This document shows, in pieces, positions 29,556-40,000 of a DNA stretch of 64,000 nucleotides. The notes beneath the pieces were generated by a model that was given only the letters and a program-made list of their open reading frames with translations, did not search any database and was not told the origin of the DNA. This DNA is from an uncultured Gammaproteobacteria bacterium (lineage in GTDB: Bacteria > Patescibacteriota > Microgenomatia > UBA12405). The position numbers and the translations under genes were made by a program. The DNA is taken from positions 49,576-113,575 of the forward strand of contig CAZIZX010000001.1 in the NCBI GenBank assembly GCA_964544275.1, read 5' to 3'. The first letter of the stretch is position 1. Each line of letters begins with the position of its first letter.

Positions 29556-29753
29556 ATGATAAAAAATCTAATCGCTCCGGTTCAAGCCTGGTTGTTATCC
29601 CAGGGCCGTTGTGTCGGGTGTGGTAATCCTCTTTCTATGGCCAAAAGAAAAGACGTCAGAGGACAGGTGACCGCCACCTGTAAATGCGGCCGAATTTTTA
29701 TTCATGACACCCAAAAGAATAAATATCGCCGTGCTTTATTTGACGAGATCTAA
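29556..29753 (+). CDS. small Cys4 zinc-ribbon protein, hypothetical
   Basis: 65 aa with CVGC ... CKC. Lies between ruvX and mltG, where Firmicutes carry a small DUF protein. Confidence 0.35.
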   Translation: MIKNLIAPVQAWLLSQGRCVGCGNPLSMAKRKDVRGQVTATCKCGRIFIHDTQKNKYRRALFDEI

Positions 29754-30712
29754 TGAAAAAGCTGTTGGTAATTCTCCTTAGCTTGAGCATTTTTGCCTTT
29801 TGTTTGTTTTTTATAGTTAATCTTTCTCCTGTTTCATCGGAAAAAGACGTCCGCGAATTTGTTGTCAACCAGGGGGAAGGGTTAAGCATTATTGGTAGCA
29901 GATTGCAAAAAAATAATTTTATTCGCAATAAGTATATTTTTATCGCTTATTCTTATTTTCTCGGACTGAACAAAAAACTCCAGGCTGGATCATTCCGCAT
30001 TACTCCATCCAGTAGCACTTCCGATATCATCCGACAGTTATCTCAAAAAGGCAGTCACGATTATTGGCTAAAAATAATTGATGGTTACCGCTTGGAAGAA
30101 ATAGCAGCCTCACTTCCGGATCAAGTTCCATTTAGCCAAAAAGAATTCCTTGCTCAAGTCAAAGACAAAGAGGGATCCTTGTTTCCTGATAGCTATCTAA
30201 TACCCATCGATTATTCGATAGATCAAATTATTCAGGTAGTTGCCAGCAATTTTAACTCAAAGCTGTCAGAAGCCAGTCAGGACCCAATTGACACCAATCT
30301 GTCCCAAGACCAATCAATTATTTTAGCCTCGCTTTTGGAGAGGGAAGCCAAAAGCCTGGAGGACAAACAATTACTTGCCGGTATACTCCTCAACCGACTA
30401 CAAATTAATATGGCTCTTCAGGTTGACGCCACAGTTCAATTTGCCAAAGACTCACTTTCATCCAATCTTTCCCAATACTGGAAACCAATAACCGGTCAGG
30501 ATACCCGTCAAATTGATTCACCCTACAATACCTACAAATATCCCGGCTTACCTCCCTCTCCCATATGCAATCCCGGTTACAATTCAATCTATGCCGCCTT
30601 TCACCCTGTTTCGTCCGACTATCTATTCTATATTACCGGAAAAGACGGAAATATGTATTACGCCAAAACCCTAGACCAGCACAATACCAACATCTCAAAA
30701 TATTTAAAATAA
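29753..30712 (+). CDS. mltG: endolytic murein transglycosylase MltG (YceG-like)
   Basis: N-terminal TM, YceG-like body (LQAGSFRI ... SPYNTYKYPGLPPSPICNPG). The ruvX-x-mltG order is conserved. Confidence 0.8.
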   Translation: MKKLLVILLSLSIFAFCLFFIVNLSPVSSEKDVREFVVNQGEGLSIIGSRLQKNNFIRNKYIFIAYSYFLGLNKKLQAGSFRITPSSSTSDIIRQLSQKGSHDYWLKIIDGYRLEEIAASLPDQVPFSQKEFLAQVKDKEGSLFPDSYLIPIDYSIDQIIQVVASNFNSKLSEASQDPIDTNLSQDQSIILASLLEREAKSLEDKQLLAGILLNRLQINMALQVDATVQFAKDSLSSNLSQYWKPITGQDTRQIDSPYNTYKYPGLPPSPICNPGYNSIYAAFHPVSSDYLFYITGKDGNMYYAKTLDQHNTNISKYLK

Positions 30713-31855
30713 ACTTGTTTTTTTATTTATTAACTCGTTCAATACCTTCCACCTTTTCTTTTTCTCTGCTAGTGCAACATCATTTGCAAACAACTTAGCT
30801 GACACCGTACCTAGCCTGGGGGAATATTTATTTAAGTAAGCTACCTCAAACCTGGCTTTTTTGCACACTTCTACCGTATTTCGAAATTTTTCCTCCGTTT
30901 CTCCGGGAAACCCGATTATTATATCTGTGCTGATTTTAACTCCTTTAATTTTTGCTTTTATTTTATTTAATAATTTCAAGTAATCTTCGGAACTATGCCC
31001 CCGATTCATCCTCGAAAGGATTTCATCATCGCCCGACTGTAGAGGTAAATGAATCAGCCGGTCAATATTCTTATTTGCGGCAACAACATCTATAAGTTCG
31101 TCAGAAAAGTCCCAAGGATTACTACTGACGAAAGATACCTTACTGAAACCCAATTTAGCCACACTCTCCAAAAGATAGGGGAATAATGTTGGTATCCGTG
31201 ATTTGCCCATCGATTTAACCATTACCGGTGATACTGCCCTGTCATCAGGTAAAACATATTCTTTTTCCCCAACCAGGTCAGCCCCATAAGAATTTACGTT
31301 TTGTCCAATTAACACAATTTCCAAGAATTTATTATCCAGTGCTCTTTTTGCCTCTGTTAAAATCTCTCCAAAAGGTCTGGATATTTCCTGCCCTCTCGCC
31401 ATGGGCACAATACAATAAGAACAAAAATTATTACAGCCCACACTAATTGGCACCAAAGCAGCCTTTTTTGCCTCTCTTAAAGGTTCGACATCAAAACTTA
31501 TTTTTTCTATTGGCAGGAATTCATCGACCATCGGAAATTCTGACTTTAACCTACGTAATTTTTTATCCGTTTTATCTTTATAAGCCAAACCTGACAAACA
31601 ACCGGTCACAACCAACTTCTTTTTAATCCTATTTTTCTGATTAAACTTATTGATTTTATCGATAAATCCATAAGCTCTATTCTCGGCCGATTCGCGGACA
31701 ACACAACTGTTGACAACAACCAAGTCAGCCTTTTCCCAGGAGTCGGTTTGAAGATAACCCTTGTTCCAATAAAAAGCTTTTATCCTTTCTGAATCAGCTG
31801 TATTTTGGGCACAACCAAAAGTCTTTACGAAGATGTTTTTAACGTTAAAATTCAT
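30704..31855 (-). CDS. MiaB/RimO-family radical-SAM methylthiotransferase
   Basis: N-terminal MTTase domain (KTFGCAQN), radical-SAM CNNFCSYC motif, and a TRAM-like C-terminus. 383 aa. Convergent with mltG, overlapping it by 9 bp. Confidence 0.8.
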   Translation of the reverse strand: MNFNVKNIFVKTFGCAQNTADSERIKAFYWNKGYLQTDSWEKADLVVVNSCVVRESAENRAYGFIDKINKFNQKNRIKKKLVVTGCLSGLAYKDKTDKKLRRLKSEFPMVDEFLPIEKISFDVEPLREAKKAALVPISVGCNNFCSYCIVPMARGQEISRPFGEILTEAKRALDNKFLEIVLIGQNVNSYGADLVGEKEYVLPDDRAVSPVMVKSMGKSRIPTLFPYLLESVAKLGFSKVSFVSSNPWDFSDELIDVVAANKNIDRLIHLPLQSGDDEILSRMNRGHSSEDYLKLLNKIKAKIKGVKISTDIIIGFPGETEEKFRNTVEVCKKARFEVAYLNKYSPRLGTVSAKLFANDVALAEKKKRWKVLNELINKKTSLF

Positions 31856-31877
31856 CAGGCTCTATTTTAGCAAAAGC

Positions 31878-32378
31878 CTATTTCCACATCTTCCTGCCAA
31901 CCAGCGCCAACCCTCCCCCCATTCCCGTCAAGATTAATGTCGGTAACATTACTCCTGCGGCCGGTAGACTTTCTCCAGAACCGCTACTGTCAATCGATTC
32001 CCAGTTAACATTTTCAGATCCCAACGTCAGTGTAAAACTAATCGTAGAACCTGAATTGGTCAAAGACACCGCATGATCTCCGACTCCTAGTTCAGTAAGT
32101 GAAGTAAAAAACCATTGGCCAAATTCATCAACACCCGCCTGATAGCTTTGGTCGTCTATTACGATATCAACTTGACTTCCTGCTAACGCCTCGCCTTTAA
32201 ATGTTGGATTTAAGCCGGTATACCACCAGTGACTGATTTGCTTATCAGCAGTACTTAAATTTCCTATATGAGTCAAATTAAATCCCGATGCCAACACTTG
32301 CCCTCGACCTATCAAAAATAAGCATATCAAACCTATTATCAAAAAAAATTTTATTTTCATAATTAATAATAGTAACAA
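31878..32378 (-). CDS. small secreted Ig-like protein with a C-terminal sortase-type sorting signal (candidate sortase substrate)
   Basis: N-terminal signal peptide or TM. The C-terminus has ESLPAAG, then the hydrophobic stretch VMLPTLILTGMGGGLALVG, then the basic tail RKMWK. This is the LPXTG-like motif + TM + cationic tail layout. Confidence 0.5.
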   Translation of the reverse strand: MLLLLIMKIKFFLIIGLICLFLIGRGQVLASGFNLTHIGNLSTADKQISHWWYTGLNPTFKGEALAGSQVDIVIDDQSYQAGVDEFGQWFFTSLTELGVGDHAVSLTNSGSTISFTLTLGSENVNWESIDSSGSGESLPAAGVMLPTLILTGMGGGLALVGRKMWK

Positions 32379-32414
32379 AACGTTTGTTTAGCAACCTTTT
32401 TTGTTGACAACCCC

Positions 32415-33569
32415 TTGCTAAAAATGAGATATTTATTCATGGATCAAAATAATACCAATCAAAACGACAATCTCTTACAAAATTCCCCCCAAGACCCTCA
32501 AAAAAAGGAAGAAAGTTCCGCCCAGGAAAATTATCAGGATATTCTAAATAAATATGCTACCGAAGTGGCCTCAAAACCAGAAGCCCAAACCACAACCGAG
32601 GATGCCCAACCTCCTGCTCAACCCCTCGTTTTTGAACCAACTAATGATGCAACCCCCCAAGAGACTCCCTCCACCGATTCGCCTCTGGCTCAGGTCGCAC
32701 CAAAAGAAATTGAAACCGAGGATCAAGTAAGCCCTGATACACTGGCAGTTGCCCCCACAAGTGATCTTGTTCCGTCTCCTCAGCCTTCGGAACCAGTCAC
32801 TGATACAACAACATCTCCTGTTCCAGAAGAAAGCCATCTCCCCGGCAACGATTTATCAGCTCATCAAGTACCAGTCGTAGATCAGCCTATCAATGAGGGA
32901 GAAAATGCTCCTGTAGAAATCCAACCTTCACCACCGCCAGCCAGCAACCTCCCCGACAATGACACTCCGCCCACGCCAACAGGCAACTCAGCCGACTTAC
33001 CCAGCTTTGATCTTGAATCAAGCCCGTTACCTGCTCGCCATGATCAGCCTAGTGCCAATCCACCGGAAAACGACACCCTCCCACCTGACAACAATACTCC
33101 ACCGCCAGTATCAAATGTACCACCCCTATCACCTCCGCCAAACGACAACAATAAACCACCGTCTGGAGGAGGGTTCTTCAAGGCTCTATTCTTCCTGTCG
33201 CTTTTTGTCTTTTTATCTGTAGCCGCAGCCAATATTTATAGTTTAGCCACCAACCAGGCAATTCCTATTCCATTCTTAAACTTTCTAGGTCAGGAAAAAC
33301 AAGAGGAAGTAATTGAAGTGCCAATACCCACCGACACTCCTTTGCTTGAACAAAATAAATCCTGTTTGTTAAATGGAACCGAATATACCATTGGTCAGTC
33401 TTTTATTGCCGCCGATGGTTGCAACACTTGCACTTGCGACGAATCATCTGAAATAGTTTGTACTGAAATGGCTTGCGACGATCAGCTTGTAATTCAGGAT
33501 GACACTTCCGAAAGTCAGGCTACTGACGCTGCCACGCAACAACAAATAGAACAGATAATAGAAGAATAA
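32415..33569 (+). CDS. Pro/Thr/Ser-rich bitopic membrane protein with a C-terminal extracellular 6-Cys VWC-like module
   Basis: About 250 aa of low-complexity Pro-rich N-terminus, TM FFKALFFLSLFVFLSVAAANIY, then CLLNGTEYTIGQSFIAADGCNTCTCDESSEIVCTEMAC. This follows the C-x2-NG-x2-Y-x2-G-x-F ... C-x2-C-x-C ... C ... C spacing of von Willebrand factor type C / TIL-like modules. The true start may be the ATG at 32440. Confidence 0.5.
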   Translation: MLKMRYLFMDQNNTNQNDNLLQNSPQDPQKKEESSAQENYQDILNKYATEVASKPEAQTTTEDAQPPAQPLVFEPTNDATPQETPSTDSPLAQVAPKEIETEDQVSPDTLAVAPTSDLVPSPQPSEPVTDTTTSPVPEESHLPGNDLSAHQVPVVDQPINEGENAPVEIQPSPPPASNLPDNDTPPTPTGNSADLPSFDLESSPLPARHDQPSANPPENDTLPPDNNTPPPVSNVPPLSPPPNDNNKPPSGGGFFKALFFLSLFVFLSVAAANIYSLATNQAIPIPFLNFLGQEKQEEVIEVPIPTDTPLLEQNKSCLLNGTEYTIGQSFIAADGCNTCTCDESSEIVCTEMACDDQLVIQDDTSESQATDAATQQQIEQIIEE

Positions 33570-33601
33570 ATCAGCCTCAATTTGAACACAAAATTAACCC
33601 A

Positions 33602-33630
33602 TTGACCCCTATACATATTAAAGCTATAAT
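33602..33630 (+). promoter_or_regulatory. sigma70 promoter upstream of rpoB
   Basis: TTGACC 33602-33607, 17-nt spacer, TATAAT 33625-33630. A ~65-nt leader contains a weak hairpin (GGTGAG...CTCGCC) followed by TTTTTT at 33672-33677. Confidence 0.5.
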
Positions 33631-33692
33631 ACAAGGCATTCGGTGAGCTGTCGGAACATAACTCGCCTCAATTTTTTAGAATTTTAAAACCT

Positions 33693-36600
33693 TTGATGCC
33701 TTCCGCAAAAAGAATTAACTGGGGTAAAAATTATCCAAACCTTCCCAAGCTCGATTTGATAAATATTCAAAAAGAATCATGGCAGCATTTTCTCGAAAAA
33801 GAGTTTCGTCAAACCATTCAATCCATCTCACCCGTCCTCGACTATACCGGCAATAACTGGCAGCTGGAACTGGGCGAGTTAACTTACGATCCTATTCCTC
33901 TGACTCCCGATATAGCCAAAAGAAAAGGGCTAAATTACGCTGTTCCCATTAAAGTCAAGGCTAAACTCACCAACAAAAGGACTAGTGACGTCAAGGAAGA
34001 AAACGTCTTCTTTCTCAACCTCCCCACCATGACTGATGAAGGCACTTTCATTATTAATGGTATCGAAAGGGGAGTAATCAACCAGTTGGTACGGTCTCCT
34101 GGTGTTTATTTTACCGGCGAGAACGATCCGGCTACCGGCAAAATTCTTTATAATGCTGAAATACGACCCTCCCGCGGTTCTTGGCTGGAATTTTTTATAG
34201 GTAAAAAAGATGTTGTCTTTGCCAGAATTGATCGAAAAAAGAAATTCCCCGCTTCAATTATATTAAGAGCCGCTTGCGGACTTAATGACAAACAACTTGT
34301 AAATGAATTTTCAGATTATATCAATCCCACCATTCAAGCCGATCCTTCCAAAACATCAGAGGAAGCCATACTTGAATTTTATCGGCGCCTTCGACCAGGC
34401 GAACCCGTAGTTTTGGAAAATGCCCAAAAATTTTTTCAAGAAAGATTTTTTGACCTCAGAACCTATGAGCTTGGCAACGTTGGTCGTTATAAAATCAACA
34501 AAAAATTTAACTTCAATTTTGATGACGACAAGCCGGAGAATTGGACATTGCAACAAGAAGACCTGATTGCTACCGTCAAATATCTCGTTCAACTCCAAAA
34601 AGGTGAGGTCAGCCGAATTGACGATATTGATAGCTTGGCCAACCGCCGTCTTCGTCAAGCTGGGGAAATAGTTTCTCAAATTGCTATTAGACCAGCCCTT
34701 GCCAGGTTTGAAAGAATGGTCAAGGAACGAATGAGCTTAATTTCTACCAAAGAAAACCCCATGCCTTCTCAGATGATTAACCCCCAACCTCTAATCTCCT
34801 CTTTAAACACTTTTTTCCGATCTAACCAATTATCAGCCATCCTCGATCAGACTAATCCGCTATCAGAACTTGACCTGCTTCGAAGAGTTACTGTAGTCGG
34901 TATCGGTGGCTTGACTAGAGAGCGTGCCGCTTTCTCTATCAGAGATGTTCACAGTTCCCAATATGGTCGCATTTGTACTGTCAGATCTCCAGAAGGTCCA
35001 AACATCGGCTTAGTTTCCTATTTGGCCCTATACGCCCGCGTTAACAAATACGGCTTTTTGGAAGCTCCCTTCCGAAAAATTGAAAAAGATAAAAAGGGCT
35101 ACCACGTCTCAAATGATTTTGTTTACCTCGATGCCGATGATGAATTCGATACCGCCATTACCCATCTTGCCATAAATATAGACTCCAACGGATACATCAA
35201 GCAAGATTGGGTTCCTCTAAGGTTCCAAAGCGAGTTTATCGAAGGGCCAATTGAATCAGCCAAGTATATCGATTTAGTTCCCAACCAGATTGTCGGCGCC
35301 TCTGCTTCTTTAATTCCATTCGTTGACCACGACGACGCTACTCGTGCCCTAATGGGTTCTCACATGCAGACACAAGCCGTTCCTTTAGTCCAACCCGAAG
35401 CACCAATTATTGGCACCGGCATGGAGCATGATATTGCTACGGCCATGAATCGTACGGTACTTGCCAACAAAAGTGGTAAAATTATCTATGTTGATAGCGA
35501 AAAAATAATTGTAGAACTAGATAAAAAAGCCAAAGAAACCGACAATACTGACCACAGTTCCATTAGTCAGGATGGAAAATATGAAACTTATTCACTTGTA
35601 AAATTTGAAAGAACATCTCCCTATGGTACCTGTTATAACCAAAGGGCGGCTATCAAAGTCGGTGATATTGTCAAAGCTGGCGATTTGCTGATTGATGGAC
35701 CTTCCACCGATGGCGGCGAGTTGTCTATTGGTAGGAACTTACTTGTGGCTTATGCCTCCATCGACGGTCTAACTTTTGAAGATTCTTTCCTGATTTCTGA
35801 CAGAATAGTCAAACAGGACATTCTTACTAATATCCAGATTTTTGAGTACACCGCCCAAGTAGTCGAAACTAAACTGGGTAGTCAAGAACTAACCAGAGAT
35901 ATCCCCAATGTCTCCGAGAATGAACTTTCCAAGCTAACTGATGATGGTATTGTCATGATCGGGGCCAATGTTGGTCCGAATGATATTTTAGTTGGAAAAG
36001 TTGAACCTCGTGGTGAAAAAGAGCTTACTGCCGAAGAGAGATTGCTTCGAGCCATTTTTGGAGAGAAAGCCCGAGAAGTCAAGGATACCTCCCAGCGCGT
36101 TCCCAACGGTGAAGGTGGAGTTGTCATTAAGGTTGATATTTTAGACAAAGATAGGGGCGACGAACTTGATCCCGGTGTTAACAAAATCGTCAAAGTCTAC
36201 GTTGCTCAAATGAGAAGAATTCAAGAAGGTGACAAAATTGCCGGAAGACACGGCAACAAAGGTGTAGTTTGTCGGATAATGCCCGAATACGACATGCCCC
36301 GGCTTGAGGATGGAACCCCGGTTGATATGGTAGTTTCCCCCCTTTCTGTTATTGCCCGCATGAACTTAGGCCAGGTTCTTGAAGCAATTCTTGGACATGC
36401 TGGCTTTAAACTGGGCAAAAAATACGGCGTTCCCGTTTTTGAAAAATATAGCGAAGAAGCAATTGGTGAAGAATTAGTAAAAGCCGGCCTACCTGTAACC
36501 GGAAAAATTCAACTTTATGATGGTCGTACCGGCTCTGCTTATGATCAAAAAACCCTAATTGGCATTGGTTATATCTTGAAACTGGTTCACATGGTTGACG

Positions 36601-37040
36601 ATAAAGTTCACGCCAGGTCGACTGGCCCTTATTCTTTGGTAACCCAACAACCACTTGGAGGCAAAGCCCGAATGGGAGGTCAAAGATTAGGAGAAATGGA
36701 AGTCTGGGCGCTCGAAGCACATCGCGCTGCTCACACGCTACAAGAAATGTTAACCATCAAATCTGATGATATCGAAGGCAGGACCAAAGCCTTCCAATCA
36801 ATCATCAAAGGTACACCTATTCCCGAACCTGCCATCCCGGAATCCTTTAACGTTCTTACCAAGGAGTTGGCTGGTCTTGGTCTTGATATTACTCCGGTAG
36901 GGGTAGTCGAGAAGGAGGCTTCCGTTATTGAAGAGCAAGCAGAGGAAATTAATATCCTCCAAATTAGCCCCGAGGCAATTAAAGCAGATTCATCGGAAAA
37001 TCAGGAAGAAATTACAGGAATAAATAAGGAGGAGGAATAA
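33693..37040 (+). CDS. rpoB: DNA-directed RNA polymerase subunit beta
   Basis: 1115 aa with conserved beta-subunit blocks throughout, including the GEMEVWALEA catalytic-region motif. Confidence 0.95.
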   Translation: MMPSAKRINWGKNYPNLPKLDLINIQKESWQHFLEKEFRQTIQSISPVLDYTGNNWQLELGELTYDPIPLTPDIAKRKGLNYAVPIKVKAKLTNKRTSDVKEENVFFLNLPTMTDEGTFIINGIERGVINQLVRSPGVYFTGENDPATGKILYNAEIRPSRGSWLEFFIGKKDVVFARIDRKKKFPASIILRAACGLNDKQLVNEFSDYINPTIQADPSKTSEEAILEFYRRLRPGEPVVLENAQKFFQERFFDLRTYELGNVGRYKINKKFNFNFDDDKPENWTLQQEDLIATVKYLVQLQKGEVSRIDDIDSLANRRLRQAGEIVSQIAIRPALARFERMVKERMSLISTKENPMPSQMINPQPLISSLNTFFRSNQLSAILDQTNPLSELDLLRRVTVVGIGGLTRERAAFSIRDVHSSQYGRICTVRSPEGPNIGLVSYLALYARVNKYGFLEAPFRKIEKDKKGYHVSNDFVYLDADDEFDTAITHLAINIDSNGYIKQDWVPLRFQSEFIEGPIESAKYIDLVPNQIVGASASLIPFVDHDDATRALMGSHMQTQAVPLVQPEAPIIGTGMEHDIATAMNRTVLANKSGKIIYVDSEKIIVELDKKAKETDNTDHSSISQDGKYETYSLVKFERTSPYGTCYNQRAAIKVGDIVKAGDLLIDGPSTDGGELSIGRNLLVAYASIDGLTFEDSFLISDRIVKQDILTNIQIFEYTAQVVETKLGSQELTRDIPNVSENELSKLTDDGIVMIGANVGPNDILVGKVEPRGEKELTAEERLLRAIFGEKAREVKDTSQRVPNGEGGVVIKVDILDKDRGDELDPGVNKIVKVYVAQMRRIQEGDKIAGRHGNKGVVCRIMPEYDMPRLEDGTPVDMVVSPLSVIARMNLGQVLEAILGHAGFKLGKKYGVPVFEKYSEEAIGEELVKAGLPVTGKIQLYDGRTGSAYDQKTLIGIGYILKLVHMVDDKVHARSTGPYSLVTQQPLGGKARMGGQRLGEMEVWALEAHRAAHTLQEMLTIKSDDIEGRTKAFQSIIKGTPIPEPAIPESFNVLTKELAGLGLDITPVGVVEKEASVIEEQAEEINILQISPEAIKADSSENQEEITGINKEEE

Positions 37041-37043
37041 AAT

Positions 37044-40000
37044 ATGTTTAAATTTAAAAATATGGTTGATTTCACTGGTCTACAAATAAAACTTGCTTCA
37101 CCCCAAGACATACTTGATTGGTCCCACGGTGAAGTTACCAAACCGGAAACTATCAATTATCGCAGCTGGAGGCCGGAAAAAGACGGTCTTTTCTGTGAAA
37201 AAATATTTGGACCCAGCCGTGACTACGAATGTTATTGTGGTAAGTACAAGAAAATTAGATTCAAGGGCGTAATTTGTGACAAATGTGGTGTCGAGGTTAC
37301 CACCTCAAAAGTTAGAAGAGAAAGAATGGGCCACATCTCTTTAGCTGCTCCGATCACCCATCTTTGGTATCTTCGTAACACCCCGTCCCCCTTAAGCGTT
37401 ATCCTCGATATTCCTCAAAAAGAACTTGAATCTGTAGTTTATTTCACTAAGTATTTGGTTACGTCAGTTAATAACGATGCTCGAAAAGAAGCCATGAAAA
37501 ACCTTGAGGAAAATGCTCAAAAAAGACTGGCCCAAATTGACATAGAAACCAAAGAGTCAATCTCAAAAACCACTGAGTCAGATAAAAATGAAAAAGATGA
37601 ACTCAAGTCAAAAATCAAAAACAAAGATCAGCTCTCTATCGCTCTGGAAGAACGCGACGTTCGTCTTAAACAGAATATTCAGAAGCTAGAAAACAAAGCT
37701 TTGGCCGAAAAAAATCGGGTCGAAAGTTTAACTAAATTTCTCGAGGATAAAATCAAATCTATGGATGTGCTTTCTGTTTTAACTGACGAAGAAAGTTTTT
37801 TCCTCAATCAATTCAAAGCTGACATTTTTTATACCGCCGAAATGGGAGCTCAAGCCATTCAAACAGTTCTTCAGGGCATTGACCTTCCTGCCACAGTCAA
37901 AAATCTTAAAAAAGAGCTAAGTAAAACCAGCAGCAAACTCAAGAAAAAGAAAATCATGTACAAGATTAGAATCTTAAACGGCATGGTTGACAATCAAATA
38001 GAACCCGTCTGGATGGTTATGAGTCACGTGCCTGTCGTTCCGCCGGATTTACGTCCCATGGTCCAGCTTACCGGTGGTCGCTTTGCCACTTCCGACCTCA
38101 ATGATCTCTATCGTCGGCTAATTAATCGCAACAACCGCCTCAAAAAGTTAATTAAACTTGGAGCTCCCGAGATTATTTTACGCAACGAAAAAAGAATGCT
38201 CCAGGAATCGGTTGACACCTTAATTGATGCCCAAAAAAGCGCCAAAAACAAAAGAAGAAACTCTAAACGAACTCCTCGCTCCCTTTCAGATCTTTTACGT
38301 GGTAAGAAAGGTCGTTTCCGTCGAAACCTATTGGGCAAAAGAGTTGATTATTCCGGCCGTTCAGTTATCGTGGTCGGTCCTGAACTAAGCCTTGACCAGG
38401 TTGGCCTTCCCAAAGAAATTGCCCTGGAAATGTATCGGCCTTTTATTTTGCGTGAACTTATGATGTCTGATCTGGCCCCCAATATTCGCAGTGCTAAAAA
38501 TCTTATCGACAGAAGAGTTAACGAAGTCTATGACATTTTAGAAAAAGTTACTCAGGATAGCCACGTTCTGCTTAACCGTGCTCCTACACTTCATAAACTT
38601 TCCATCCAAGCTTTCAAGCCCGTACTTACCGATGGTCTTGCCATCCGGCTCCACCCTTGTGTTTGTAAAGGCTTCAACGCTGACTTTGATGGAGATCAGA
38701 TGGGTGTCCATTTACCTCTATCAGAAGCTTCTCAAAAAGAAGCAGCCGAGCTAATGCTTCCATCACAAAATCTTCTTAAACCAGCCGACGGTAGTCCTAT
38801 TTCCGTTCCCACCCAGGAGATGGCGGTAGGTTGTTATTATATTACCTCAGTTCAGGTTGGTGATACCGCCAACGAAGAAGGGGAAAACGTGAAAGATATT
38901 CCATTATTTTCTGACATTGAGGAACTTGAACTAGCCTATCAATCCGAAAAAGTCGGATTAAGGCAACTCGTAGCAGTCAGGATGGATGGAAAACTCAAGA
39001 AAACTACTTATGGAAGAATAATATTTAACCGGATTCTTCCTGAAGAGTTTGAATTTGTTAATACCCCGATTGCGGGCAGTAAGGCCGTCAACGATCTCAT
39101 TGTAAAATCATTAGAAATTGCCGGTCAGGACAAAACCGTCAAACTTATCGACAGCCTCAAGGACATTGGGTTTTATGGGTTCACTCTCTCCGGTCTTTCT
39201 ATATCTATGGCTGATTGCGGCTATCTACCGGAAAAAGAACAGATTATCACTGCCGCCAATAAACGCGTTGCTGAAATTGAAGAAAACTTCAAGATGGGCT
39301 TAATCAGTAACGACGAAAAAAGACGTCTCAGTCAAAATGTTTGGATGGAAATTACTGAGGATATTGCCGAAAAGACCTGGGCCACTCTTGATATCGATTC
39401 TCCTATCCGTATAGTATCTGCTGCCGGCATTAAGCGTGCTTCCAAGGACCAGATCAAGCAACTTTCTGGCATGAGAGGTCTCATGGTTGATCCTACCGGT
39501 AGGATCGTTCAGTTGCCCACCAAGTCTAATTTTAGGGAAGGATTGTCCGTTTTTGAATATGTTACTGGTGCCCGCGGTACCAGGAAAGGGTTAGCCGACA
39601 CCGCCCTGAAAACTGCAGATGCCGGTTATCTAACTAGAAGATTGGTCGATGCCGCTCACGTTTCCATAATTAAAGAAGAAGATTGTGGCACCTCAAAGTT
39701 CATCACCATAGAGAAGACCGAAAAAGGTCGTGAAAGGTTTTTCGGACGACGGATTCTGGGTCGGATTATTGCCAATGACGTAGTTGACACAAAAACCAAA
39801 CAGCTTATCGCCAGAAAAGGTGATCTTATTGGTGACGAATTAGTTATCAAACTGGAAGAAAGCGAAATACTTTCTGTCGACATTCGATCCCCTCTAGTCT
39901 GCAAGGCCAAATATGGTCTTTGTCAGCATTGTTACGGCTGGGACATGTCCACCCGATCAATGGTAGACATTGGAGTTCCAGTTGGAGTCATCGCCGCTCA

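Noticed and set aside
33642-33677. Weak hairpin (GGTGAG...CTCGCC with one G-U pair) plus T6 in the rpoB leader as a possible attenuator
   Set aside because: The stem is short, imperfect and has a 14-nt loop. I mention it only under the rpoB promoter feature and do not call it a terminator.
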